In this document: piece by piece, positions 21,853-30,676 of the stretch
Layout of the letters: every line of letters starts with the position of its first letter
Numbering within the stretch: the stretch's first letter is position 1
DNA from: an uncultured Planctomycetota bacterium
GTDB taxonomy: Bacteria; Planctomycetota; PLA2; JAEUHO01
Length of the DNA: 64,000 bases
Direction: 5' to 3'
NCBI GenBank assembly: GCA_963752285.1
Contig: CAVVXN010000001.1
Location: 800,001-864,000 of the forward strand
Position numbers and translations under genes: made by a program
The notes under the pieces: generated by a model
Database searches by the model: none
What the model saw: only the letters and a program-made list of their open reading frames with translations
Told to the model about the DNA's origin: nothing

Positions 21853-24132
21853 GTGTCCGCACGTTGCGGCAACGAGGAGGTCGGGAGGATCGAAGTGACT
21901 ACCTTCCCGTCCTGCAGGGGGCGTGTGACCGTAGCGCGGTCGCGTCTTGTCTTGGGAACACACGTCCTTCGGGTTGTTTGTCAGTGGGTGCTGCTGGCGG
22001 TGACCCTCTTTGCGTGTCGCGCCGGAAGCCGCGGGCCAGTCGACGTTTGCCCGAAGGAAATCGAGCGCGATGCATCAGTGAAGCGACTGTCCACCGCTGC
22101 CGCTGCGTCGGCGGCAGCCGGTGTGCCGCGTGGTGCGAGTGCCTCGGTCGTAATCACAGTGGTGGATGGTTCTGCCAGACCCATCGCTGGTGCGCGGGTG
22201 CGTATCTCCAGCGATCTCACGGTACTGACTGGCTGGGACGGTGTCGCGCATGTGCAACGAGCGCCGGTCGGGGAGTACAGAGCAGCCATCTGGTCCCAGG
22301 GACATCGCGCACAGGCTGTCCCCCTGGAGGTGATCCCGGGAAGATCGGTATCGGCGCGAGTGGTCCTGCGCGCGTGCCGTGGTCTACGCAGTGTGGTCCT
22401 CGATGCCGAATCAGCTCGGCCAGTGGCAGACGCGGAGTTGCGCCTGTATGACGACGGCGACTGGGGAGCACCGTGGCCGGAGAGCGTCCCGGCCCATGTC
22501 GGTCGCCCGACTTGGCAGGCCCGAAGCGATGGGCGCGGGGAGATCACCCTTCCATGCTCCTGGGGCGCTCTGGAGATCCGTGCGCGTGGCTACGCAACGA
22601 TCTGGAAGTTCTACGACGCCACGAAATCAAGCATGCGCCGCCGGTTCCCGGTGTACCTCCCCCAGTCAGGATGCGTGCGGGGTCACGTCGTCGCGGGACT
22701 GGAAAGCCGATGCAGCGTCGTGGCGACGCCGAGAGAACTCGCGCTACACGTCTATCCTGACGAGGGTTATTCTGACCCGTTCTTATGGAGAACCCCCGTC
22801 TTCAGGGATGCGCTTCGGGTGAGGACGGTGTCCGTCCAGCAGGGGGGTGGCTTCTTCATCGAAGGGGAGCCGATCGGGGAAGTCCTTGTCCTACGTGTCA
22901 TGTGCTCCGGCCATGAGCCCGGTACTGCGGTGGTCGTGCGCGCGGCCCTAGGAAAGCGGAGTCCCGACGTGTCGCTCCGGCCAGGTCCGCTCTTCCTGCA
23001 GGGTAGGCCGGATGGGGACCGAAACCGCGACGCGACGACGTCGGCCTTCGAAGTGGCTGGGCAGGTTGTCGACGAGGCCGGAAGGCCGGTGGCGGGGGCG
23101 GGTGTCTGGATCCACGGAAGGCGGGGCGCCGCGGCCCTGACGGACGCAGGAGGACACTTCGCAGGGATACGGGGCGCACTGGAGCCTCTGACTGAGATCG
23201 TTGCAGCGAAGGCCGGCTACAGCCGAGCTACGCGGGACCTGCGGACGTCCGGCAACGCCAGGGTGGTCTTGACCCTGGAGCGAGCCGCGCGACTCGTGGG
23301 AGAGGCCCGGATCCCGATGACCGTCACGGAACCCGGATCTCTCGGCCTCTCATGGCAGCTCGGCTGGGGTGAAGCCGTGGTGCCTTGGCCCGCTCACGCG
23401 CGAGGACGCTTGCGATTCGACATCAGCGCTCCGCCTGGGCACCTTGGCGATCTTCGCATTGAAGCGTGGCCGTTCGCCGCGGAAGTTCGGCAGGTAGAGA
23501 CCGTGCCCGGCCAGACCCTCGATCTCGGAACCGTGCAGCTCGCTCCCATTCCTCATGAGGTGATCTCGGGCACGGTCCGGAGGGAAGAGGGCGGTGCGCT
23601 ACCCGACGCTGAGGTCACGTTCAAGCGCGATGAAGAAGTCGGTACGGCCGCGCAGGCGACAACGGATGAGGCAGGGGCGTTTCAGTTCAACGTTCGAGGT
23701 CAAGTGCTGGGCGGCGAGTTGCGCGTGGTGCGGGCCGGTTACTGCAATGTGGTGAGGCACATTGTAGCTGGTCCCGGGCCCAAGCGAGTGGACATCGCAA
23801 TGGAGGAAGCGGGGACGATTGAAGGAAGGGTCCTCGGGGCCGAGGGGCACCCTGTCTTCTTGCTCCAAATCGAGGCTTGGAGTGCGGCCTCGAAGGAGAC
23901 CTGGGGTGCCCTCACCTACACGGATCGTGGTGGACGTTACTACCTTGAGCTGAAGCCGGGGCTCTGGTCGCTGCGCTGGGCTCTTCCGGGGCACCAGCAC
24001 GTGGGACGTGGAGATGAGAGGATCATCCGGGATCGGTTCCGAGTTGGGGCAGGAGAGCACCTGTCCCTTGTAACGTACCTCTCGGACTTGCCTCAAGTGG
24101 GAGTTCCGAAGCCGCGCGAGCGTTCCCGGTGA
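21853..24132 (+). CDS. Exported protein with repeated carboxypeptidase-regulatory-like beta-sandwich domains
   Basis: Repeats such as VVDGSARPIAGARV, GQVVDEAGRPVAGAGV...TDAGGHF, GTVRREEGGALPDAEV...TTDEAGAF; possible lipobox LFAC; start uncertain. Confidence 0.7.
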   Translation: MSARCGNEEVGRIEVTTFPSCRGRVTVARSRLVLGTHVLRVVCQWVLLAVTLFACRAGSRGPVDVCPKEIERDASVKRLSTAAAASAAAGVPRGASASVVITVVDGSARPIAGARVRISSDLTVLTGWDGVAHVQRAPVGEYRAAIWSQGHRAQAVPLEVIPGRSVSARVVLRACRGLRSVVLDAESARPVADAELRLYDDGDWGAPWPESVPAHVGRPTWQARSDGRGEITLPCSWGALEIRARGYATIWKFYDATKSSMRRRFPVYLPQSGCVRGHVVAGLESRCSVVATPRELALHVYPDEGYSDPFLWRTPVFRDALRVRTVSVQQGGGFFIEGEPIGEVLVLRVMCSGHEPGTAVVVRAALGKRSPDVSLRPGPLFLQGRPDGDRNRDATTSAFEVAGQVVDEAGRPVAGAGVWIHGRRGAAALTDAGGHFAGIRGALEPLTEIVAAKAGYSRATRDLRTSGNARVVLTLERAARLVGEARIPMTVTEPGSLGLSWQLGWGEAVVPWPAHARGRLRFDISAPPGHLGDLRIEAWPFAAEVRQVETVPGQTLDLGTVQLAPIPHEVISGTVRREEGGALPDAEVTFKRDEEVGTAAQATTDEAGAFQFNVRGQVLGGELRVVRAGYCNVVRHIVAGPGPKRVDIAMEEAGTIEGRVLGAEGHPVFLLQIEAWSAASKETWGALTYTDRGGRYYLELKPGLWSLRWALPGHQHVGRGDERIIRDRFRVGAGEHLSLVTYLSDLPQVGVPKPRERSR

Positions 24133-24313
24133 ATCGGCTCTGCGCCGACTCATTCGCGCTCCGCCGATGGGATGGGCGCGCGTCCCGCAGCCCCTTGACC
24201 GTGTGCTTCCGGCGATGGTGCGTGAGTCCGGGCCGCGGCGGCTGCGCGGGGCGCCGGGCGGGGCTCGGCGGGCGAGGGTGAGACCGGCGCCCGGCGCCGA
24301 CTTCCCGTCTTCG

Positions 24314-24355
24314 GAGGTGCGTGTCAATCCCTTCTGGAGCTTCCTGCCCAGAAGT
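24314..24355 (+). repeat. Cassette-boundary motif X, copy 1
   Basis: GAGGTGCGTGTCAATCCCTTCTGGAGCTTCCTGCC, similar to 27074 and 29755. Confidence 0.75.
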
Positions 24356-24540
24356 CGGCACCGGGAGGACGCGGCCGTATCCGCCGACGAGGCCCGGCCC
24401 GGCGCGGAACCCGGTGCCTGACTTCCCGCAGACGGCGCCGACCAGGAGGGCGGAAAGTCGTCCTGCCGGGGCCGCGCGAGCAACGGGGAGGGCGCTTGGA
24501 GCCGGGTCTGATCGAGCTGGCGGTCACGCGTGACACGACA

Positions 24541-24616
24541 ATGGCCTGCCGCGGTAGGATCCTGGCCATGGCCGAGCCCGGGGAAGGTCCGCGGTCGGGG
24601 CGCGTGGCGGTGCCGC
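24541..24616 (+). repeat. Rhs leader motif Y, copy 1 (putative promoter plus start)
   Basis: Shares GCGGTAGGATCCTGGCCATGGCCGAGCCCGGGG.AGGTCCGCGGTCGGG with 27461-27536. Confidence 0.85.
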
Positions 24617-24653
24617 CTGCGCGCGACGCTGGGACCAAGCGTGCGCGACGCGG

Positions 24654-25865
24654 GTGCTGGGCCGACGGGTGGGGAAGGCCGTGACGGGTGGCGTGACCGA
24701 GCGGTACGTCTACGCGGGCGTCGAGACGATCGCGACCTACGACGGCTCGAACACCTGGAAGCAGGACTTCGTCTTCGGCCAGGGGATCGACAACGTGTTG
24801 ATGCTCGAGCAGGCGGACGTGCTCGACTTCGACTCGGACCAGAACACGACCGAGACGACAAGGTCCTTCTACCACAAGAACGCGCTCGGCTCCGTGATGG
24901 CGATCACGGACATGAACGAGGCGACGGCGGTGTCGTACCGGTACGATCCGTACGGCGAGGTAACCGTCACGCGCGGATGGCAGACGCAGTCGGCGGACCC
25001 GCTGCAACAGCACTGGACGTACCCGGGGCGGTTCTTCGACGAGGAGACGGGGCTCTACTACTATCGGGCGAGGTGCTTTGGCCCGGAGAAGGGGAGGTTC
25101 CTGGAGAGGGATCCGCTGGGCTATCAGGTTGGTCCGCACTTGTACAACTATGCAGGCGATCGACCTATCGGCATTCGCGATCCACTCGGCCTGGACGGAC
25201 TGGCGGACCCCGACCGGGCAGGCCCTGAGCCTGGTAGCGCGAATGACCCCGGTGGGTTTGATGAGAATCGCGGAGGCGGGCAGTTTGATCCGTTTACGTC
25301 CAGCGCAGGCACTCTGGAGTTCAGACTCGATGTCTACTTCTGGATTCCACGTGGCCACGGCCCCGCGGGAGGACTCTACGTGCAGTCGCGCATCTTGGTG
25401 TTTGCGACCGGGTGCAAGACGCAGCCCGGGACGTCTTTGCCATGCCCCAATCCACGCCTGACCGTGGAGTACTTCAGGTTGGATGGATATCGGACGAAGA
25501 TCCCGGACACCCATAGCTCCACGTTCATGACTGGATACTGTGCGGGCACAGTGCACGTTAGTTTCACTCTTACCTTGGGCGCGTTGATTGTGCGGGACCC
25601 CAACACCGGCGACTGGACGTCCGGCGCAGCATACTACCGGGCAGCGGCGTACGGCTACGTTCCACCCGCCACCCACACGACGTTCGGATTGGATAATGTA
25701 CACTTCACTCCCCTGAGTCGGCCTCGACGGTGGTATTACCAATTCAATTTCGATCAATGCACAGGCTCACCATCCAGGATCCGGTGCAGCTGGGACAGGA
25801 TCACTCGCCCGAGGCTCCGAGAGGATCCGGTTCCGAAGCCGCCCGTCATAACGCCTAGTGACTAG
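24654..25865 (+). CDS. Orphan Rhs module 1: C-terminal core plus Cys-rich toxin tip
   Basis: LGRRV...NALGSV...YDPYG...GRFFDEETGLYYYRAR...GRFLERDPLG...PIGIRDPLGL followed by unique C-terminus. Confidence 0.88.
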   Translation: MLGRRVGKAVTGGVTERYVYAGVETIATYDGSNTWKQDFVFGQGIDNVLMLEQADVLDFDSDQNTTETTRSFYHKNALGSVMAITDMNEATAVSYRYDPYGEVTVTRGWQTQSADPLQQHWTYPGRFFDEETGLYYYRARCFGPEKGRFLERDPLGYQVGPHLYNYAGDRPIGIRDPLGLDGLADPDRAGPEPGSANDPGGFDENRGGGQFDPFTSSAGTLEFRLDVYFWIPRGHGPAGGLYVQSRILVFATGCKTQPGTSLPCPNPRLTVEYFRLDGYRTKIPDTHSSTFMTGYCAGTVHVSFTLTLGALIVRDPNTGDWTSGAAYYRAAAYGYVPPATHTTFGLDNVHFTPLSRPRRWYYQFNFDQCTGSPSRIRCSWDRITRPRLREDPVPKPPVITPSD

Positions 25866-27012
25866 GGAGTACGCTGTGAACGCCGGTCTGTTCCGAGGTT
25901 CGCTAGTGGCCGCCGCCTTCGTTGTGTCCCTTACCCTAGCCTCTTCTCGTGCCGAGGATCGACCTACCCGAGACGACGTGCGACATGTGTTCCGGGCATT
26001 CGCACCCGAGTACTACCGCCGCTTCTACGCCTGGGCCAATGCACAGACATTTGTGCCGGGAGAGAACCTAGGAAAGGAGGAGCGTGACGCACGATATGCG
26101 TCACTGCGCCGGAGGAGCGAGTTGTGGGCTGAGGCTTTCCAGGAGGTGTTGGTGCTGGACAGCGATCAGACCTTCGTGCTCGAGTTTCGCGACCTTGTGT
26201 CCATGCCTGACAAGGTGCCCGTGATGTCCGTGATCCCGGAAGGGGCATGGACCAAGTGGAGCGGTCGGTGGGCACGGACTGGAACGACGTTGCGACTGAC
26301 GGTGTGGCGAATCAATGGATTACCTGTGGCTTCGCCAGTTGACTGGGTGGCTGTATGGATTCGGAGAGAGGTCGTCATTCCGAACCTGCGACAGGGCTAT
26401 GCACCAGCGGTCATGCACGAGGTTCTTGGCGGGGATGTGGGTACGAACCAGGTCTTGGACAGGAATGAGGATGCAAGCCAGCGGTGTGTGTCTATCTCGT
26501 CGACGGAGAGTCGGCTCGGCAGGTTGGCAAAGAGCATTACGGGCCTGCTGCGATTCGCGCTTGGTGAGAAGCATCGCAAGGCGTCTCAGAGGAGCGCGTT
26601 TGCAGACAACCCTCACCATTGGCTGCAAGTGCTGCGGGGGCCGAACGAGGCGCAGTGGACGGAGGCTGCCGTGGAGCTCGTCCGTCTCCACTCCACTGAG
26701 GCTGCTACGACCTTCATGAAGATCCTCGATGAGCGGAGAGGTGAAGGCGAGGTTCGGGTAGTTGCGGCGAACGCGCTAGGGGAGTGGAGAGTCGTTGACA
26801 GTGTGCCCACACTGATACGATCTCTCCAGGACGAAGACCGCGTTGTGCGGCTTTCAAGTATGTACGCTCTGGAGAGCGTAACCGGTCACCACATCGAAGT
26901 CGAAGGAAGTGATCGGAGTGAGGAAGAGGTTGCGAGTTGGCTGCAATCGCAGTGGTCGGCCTGGTGGGCAGAGAACGAGGCATCTGTGCGTGCTTCTCAT
27001 GCCGGGAGCTGA
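25858..27012 (+). CDS. Putative immunity protein, exported, with C-terminal HEAT repeats
   Basis: ORF overlaps the Rhs1 stop; signal-like N-terminus; VRVVAANALG, LQDEDRVVRLSSMYALE. Confidence 0.65.
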   Translation: MTREYAVNAGLFRGSLVAAAFVVSLTLASSRAEDRPTRDDVRHVFRAFAPEYYRRFYAWANAQTFVPGENLGKEERDARYASLRRRSELWAEAFQEVLVLDSDQTFVLEFRDLVSMPDKVPVMSVIPEGAWTKWSGRWARTGTTLRLTVWRINGLPVASPVDWVAVWIRREVVIPNLRQGYAPAVMHEVLGGDVGTNQVLDRNEDASQRCVSISSTESRLGRLAKSITGLLRFALGEKHRKASQRSAFADNPHHWLQVLRGPNEAQWTEAAVELVRLHSTEAATTFMKILDERRGEGEVRVVAANALGEWRVVDSVPTLIRSLQDEDRVVRLSSMYALESVTGHHIEVEGSDRSEEEVASWLQSQWSAWWAENEASVRASHAGS

Positions 27013-27073
27013 GGCACCAGAACCTGTTCCGTCCCCGATCGGTGTTGACTCCTGACGGCCTTGGGAATCCTCA

Positions 27074-27116
27074 GAGGTATGTATCAGTCCCTTCTGGATA
27101 TTTCTGCCGAGTACTC
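27074..27116 (+). repeat. Cassette-boundary motif X, copy 2
   Basis: GAGGTATGTATCAGTCCCTTCTGGATATTTCTGCCGAGTACTC; 3 mismatches to the copy at 29755. Confidence 0.85.
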
Positions 27117-27242
27117 TAATATCGGGGTCGCGGATCGTCCCGCCGCAATGACGGCCGTGGGCGTGTGTGAGGGTCGGGGCGGCGCCCCCCAGTCGGGCCG
27201 ACCGGGCATAGGACCCGCCGTGTCGGGTTCCTCCCCCTCGAT

Positions 27243-27325
27243 GTCGTCAGGCGGAGCACACCCCGCATTGCGCAGCTCGGCTTACGGCGAGGCGGGCGGC
27301 CCGGGCTTCGCGGCGCCGGGTGGCG
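27243..27325 (+). repeat. Diverged spacer motif Z, copy 1
   Basis: GTCGTCAGGCG..GCACACCCCGCA..GCGCAGCTCGG...AGGCGGGCGGC.CGGGCTT...GCGCCGGGTGGCG shared with 29921-30003. Confidence 0.75.
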
Positions 27326-27460
27326 AGGGGCGCCCGGACGTTGACGCCCGTCCCGAAGTAGACTTGGTCCGGCGTCCGGCCCTGGATGGCCTGTGATTAG
27401 CCCGCCGTCAACACCGGGCCAACTGTCCCCATAGGGCTTCGGACGCCGCCTTTCGCACGC

Positions 27461-27536
27461 ATGGCCCGTTGCGGTAGGATCCTGGCCATGGCCGAGCCCG
27501 GGGCAGGTCCGCGGTCGGGACGCACGGCGGCGCCGC
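27461..27536 (+). repeat. Rhs leader motif Y, copy 2
   Basis: Matches 24541-24616; TAGGAT at 27475-27480 lies 7 nt before in-frame ATG 27488. Confidence 0.85.
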
Positions 27537-29047
27537 GCGCCCGCAGGACAGGCTCGGCCCGCGGCAGGGCGGATGCGCCGGGCCGGCGGGTCGAGAAGGC
27601 CGTGTCGGGCGGCGCGACGACGCGCTACGTGCTCGACGCACAGCAGGTCGTCGAAGAGTACGACGGGCAGGACGTCTGGCAGGCGCGGTACGTCTACGAG
27701 GACGGGATCGACCGCCCGCGCGTCATGGACCGGGCGGACCAGGCGGACGTGAACGGAAACCAGAACACGACCGAGGTGCTCCGGTTCACGTACCACCAGC
27801 AGGCGCTGGGGTCGGTGACGGAGGTTTCGGAGCCCGGCGGGAGCGTCGTCGAGTGGGTGACCTACGACGCTTACGGCAAGCCCACGACTCTGGACCAGCA
27901 GGGAAACGCGGTCGCACAGAGCCCGGTCGGGAACCCGTACCTGTACACCGGGCGCGAGTATGACGCCGAGACGAAGACCTACTACTTCCGAGCGCGTGCG
28001 TACGACCCGGAGACTGGGCGGTTCCTGCAGAGAGATCCCGCTGGGTACGTCGGGGGGCTGTCCCTCCACCAGTACGTGGGGTCGGGCCCAGCTTCGTTCA
28101 CCGACCCGTCGGGGCTCATGCCGGAACCGAAGGACAAGGAGAACAAGCCAGTCGAGTGGCTTCGGTGGGCGGGCCAGCAACTCGTGGCTGCTCAGGAGAG
28201 GGCAGACGCTGCGTGGCGAGCCTATGACGCCGCTCTGGATGCGGCCTATGCGGCAGGGGGAGTGGTCAACGGTCTCCAGAAGCAGATCGACGATCTCAAG
28301 GAGAAGATCAAGGAGATGGAGGAGAAGTGCCTCGACACGACGCAGGAGGAGAAGGATCTTGCCAAGTTGGAGGAGCGCCTCGCGGACGCGAAGGCGGCGC
28401 AGGACGAGGCGTGGCATAAGGTCGACGAGGCTATCGCCGCCGCCGACACGGCTCAGGACGCTCTTGACGCCGCCGAAAACGAATTCCACAAGGCAGCGCA
28501 AAACATGTGGACTAAGAGCGGTGGGACCGGAAGTGTGCCACGCGGGGATCTCGGGGCTCTTAGCAGGGAGGACTTCAAGAGGTTGGCCAAACTCGATTTG
28601 ATCGCGTTCGGCGCGCGCGGGCAGGGCGGCGCCGATGACTGGTCTGCGCTGGCGATCGGCTACGGCCCGACCCGCTTCAGGGAACTAGGGATTGATCCAG
28701 ACACTGGACAACCTCGTATGGGTAGTGGGAACTCCAGGGGCATGTGGATTGATGTCAACGATACGTTGGACCCGGCGTACGGGGCGCGAAGTGGGATCGG
28801 TGAACAGATGCTAGGAGAGGTGTGGTTACATGAGGCTCGGCACTACTCGGAGGGAAACGACGAGCACTTTGTCTCATGGCCGGATGGAGCCATGCCGGAG
28901 ACAACCGACGCGAATCGATGGCAAGGCTACGAGGATCATTCGCCGGATCCGGCACGAGGAGTTGAGCATGGTGGGCGGAGTGGCTGGCTCCCGTATGACC
29001 AGCAGACGTCGCGTAACGCGCAAGTCGCCGGACGAAGGTACAGGTGA
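27488..29047 (+). CDS. Orphan Rhs module 2: C-terminal core, coiled coil and HExxH metallopeptidase-like tip
   Basis: GRRVEK...QALGSV...YDAYG...YTGREYDAETKTYYFRARAYDPETGRFLQRDP...PASFTDPSGL; VWLHEARH in tip. Confidence 0.9.
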   Translation: MAEPGAGPRSGRTAAPRARRTGSARGRADAPGRRVEKAVSGGATTRYVLDAQQVVEEYDGQDVWQARYVYEDGIDRPRVMDRADQADVNGNQNTTEVLRFTYHQQALGSVTEVSEPGGSVVEWVTYDAYGKPTTLDQQGNAVAQSPVGNPYLYTGREYDAETKTYYFRARAYDPETGRFLQRDPAGYVGGLSLHQYVGSGPASFTDPSGLMPEPKDKENKPVEWLRWAGQQLVAAQERADAAWRAYDAALDAAYAAGGVVNGLQKQIDDLKEKIKEMEEKCLDTTQEEKDLAKLEERLADAKAAQDEAWHKVDEAIAAADTAQDALDAAENEFHKAAQNMWTKSGGTGSVPRGDLGALSREDFKRLAKLDLIAFGARGQGGADDWSALAIGYGPTRFRELGIDPDTGQPRMGSGNSRGMWIDVNDTLDPAYGARSGIGEQMLGEVWLHEARHYSEGNDEHFVSWPDGAMPETTDANRWQGYEDHSPDPARGVEHGGRSGWLPYDQQTSRNAQVAGRRYR

Positions 29048-29095
29048 ACACCGGCGCCTGGGAGTAGCCACTCTCGTCCCTTCCCGAAGCGGGAA

Positions 29096-29725
29096 GTGGT
29101 GCCCGAGCAGTCTGTGGGGACTATGATGCCGGTCAAGGGCTGGAAGTGGGGCCTCGCCGTCGTACTCGTCGGTGCTTGCGTCCTCGGGGTCATTGTCTGG
29201 AAGATGACCGCGTGGAGCGGCGGGCCTGAAGAAGAGGACGGAAGTGCCAAGTGGATTGACATCGGGGAGGGGGTTATGCTCGTGCGCATACACCTCCGTG
29301 TGACGGACGCCGAGGGAATTCCCGTGGCTGGGGCGCGTGTCGTGTCAGACTTGAGCCGCACGGCGCTGGAGAGTGAGGAGGCTATCAATGACGTGCGGCG
29401 AATGGTCGATTCCGCTCTCGCAGAGGGTTTCAGGGGCGAGGAACAGGTCGCGATTGCCACCACGGATCAGAGTGGGGTGGCTGTGTTGGAGTACACCTCT
29501 GGGCGCGGAGGCGAGATCGCTTGGATCCCAGCGGTCCAGCGTGGGGAATTCCCCTTCGCGTGGTGGGTGCGCGTGGACGCGCCGACGTGCGGGACCTTGA
29601 TTCGGCCCCTGAATGAACCGAGGAACATCCGCTTCGACCTGCATCCCGGTCCGGTCGGACGCGGACGCTTTGGCGAGATCAAACGGGTTGGCGAGGCGGA
29701 TTTCGAGATCCGGTGTGAGAAGTAG
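29096..29725 (+). CDS. Putative immunity protein with N-terminal membrane anchor
   Basis: Directly after Rhs2; WKWGLAVVLVGACVLGVIVWK TM; VTDAEGIPVAGARV...TTDQSGVA beta-sandwich motif; start could be 29123 or 29126. Confidence 0.6.
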   Translation: MVPEQSVGTMMPVKGWKWGLAVVLVGACVLGVIVWKMTAWSGGPEEEDGSAKWIDIGEGVMLVRIHLRVTDAEGIPVAGARVVSDLSRTALESEEAINDVRRMVDSALAEGFRGEEQVAIATTDQSGVAVLEYTSGRGGEIAWIPAVQRGEFPFAWWVRVDAPTCGTLIRPLNEPRNIRFDLHPGPVGRGRFGEIKRVGEADFEIRCEK

Positions 29726-29754
29726 AGGCCGTGGGTGAAGGCTGAGATGCATCC

Positions 29755-29797
29755 GAGGTGCGTATCAGTCCCTTCTGGAGATTTCTGCCGAGTACTC
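29755..29797 (+). repeat. Cassette-boundary motif X, copy 3
   Basis: GAGGTGCGTATCAGTCCCTTCTGGAGATTTCTGCCGAGTACTC. Confidence 0.85.
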
Positions 29798-29920
29798 GAA
29801 CAGCGGGACGGCGGGTTCCCCCTGCCGCGAAGGGGCAGCGGGGGGGCGTGAGCGGGTTGCTGGCACGCACGTCCGTGCCGATCGTGCATGAGGGTCGAGG
29901 TGTCGGGGATCCTCCTCGGC

Positions 29921-30003
29921 GTCGTCAGGCGCTGCACACCCCGCAGCGCGCAGCTCGGTTGGCGGCCAGGCGGGCGGCACGGGCTTGGCAGCGCCGGGTG
30001 GCG
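29921..30003 (+). repeat. Diverged spacer motif Z, copy 2
   Basis: Colinear 83-bp match to 27243-27325. Confidence 0.75.
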
Positions 30004-30280
30004 CGGCGGTCGGAGTCGCGGGCGGCGGCGTGGCCGACCGTCCCCCGACGTGGCGCGTGTTCCCCGGGGGCGTGGTGTGGTCCGCGGACCGTGCGCCGGG
30101 CGCGACACGGCGCGACGTGGGCGCCTGGAGGCGGCCGACGAGGCGCCCGGTCGCCAGGCCCCCCGGCGGGGCGCGCGCCCTGTTCGGGCGGTCACCGTAC
30201 GATCGGCCCCCTGACCTACCCAAAGTGCCCCTCGCCGTCGCCCACGGAGGGCCATTTCATGCGGGTCTTATTGCGTTTCC

Positions 30281-30479
30281 CAGGGGACTCATAATCCCTT
30301 GGTTCCAGGTTCGAGTCCTGGCGGGCCCACTCCCCTCCAAGGGCCATTTCTTCGCCTCTGGCGCCCATCACGATCCGTAATCCACCCCCGACCGAGAGCC
30401 CCCGTTCGCGCAAGGAGCGGCGAGGAAGTGCGAGGTCGTGGCACCCGTCCCCCAAAGTTTCCCCCAAAGTGGCTCTCCG
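30281..30479 (+). repeat. 199-bp direct repeat copy 2 (att junction; tRNA 3' fragment at 30281-30329)
   Basis: CAGGGGACTCATAATCCC...GGCTCTCCG identical to 17960-18158; tRNA 5' end missing. Confidence 0.93.
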
Positions 30480-30676
30480 CGTTCGGTCCCCAGGAGCGCG
30501 CGCGTAGTCCACGACGGGCGTCTCCCTCCCCGGCGGTGAGGGCCCCGGTTCCGACCCCCGAGATCGCGTCTGCGCGCGGTTAGGGCAATGCAGTCATCGT
30601 AGTCCGTCAGAGTGTATGCACGGTGGACGCTGCGCGCTACCGTGACATTCATCCAACTGGCGAAAGGAGGTGACCA

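Larger units (their letters stand above)
17960..30479. mobile_element. Genomic island integrated at tRNA(CAT)
   Basis: Bounded by tRNA 3'-end duplication; integrase remnant, transposase, toxin cassettes, more A/T-rich genes. Confidence 0.85.

Noticed and set aside
29757..29784. Motif X as a Xer dif/pdif site (GGTGCGTATCA resembles a XerC arm)
   Set aside because: No inverted inner symmetry and a poor XerD arm at a 6-bp spacer, so not supportable; a group II intron 5' end (GTGCG) also fails because copy 2 differs and no intron structure or RT is seen
30281..30329. Second tRNA gene
   Set aside because: Lacks the 5' acceptor strand and D arm; it is an att fragment
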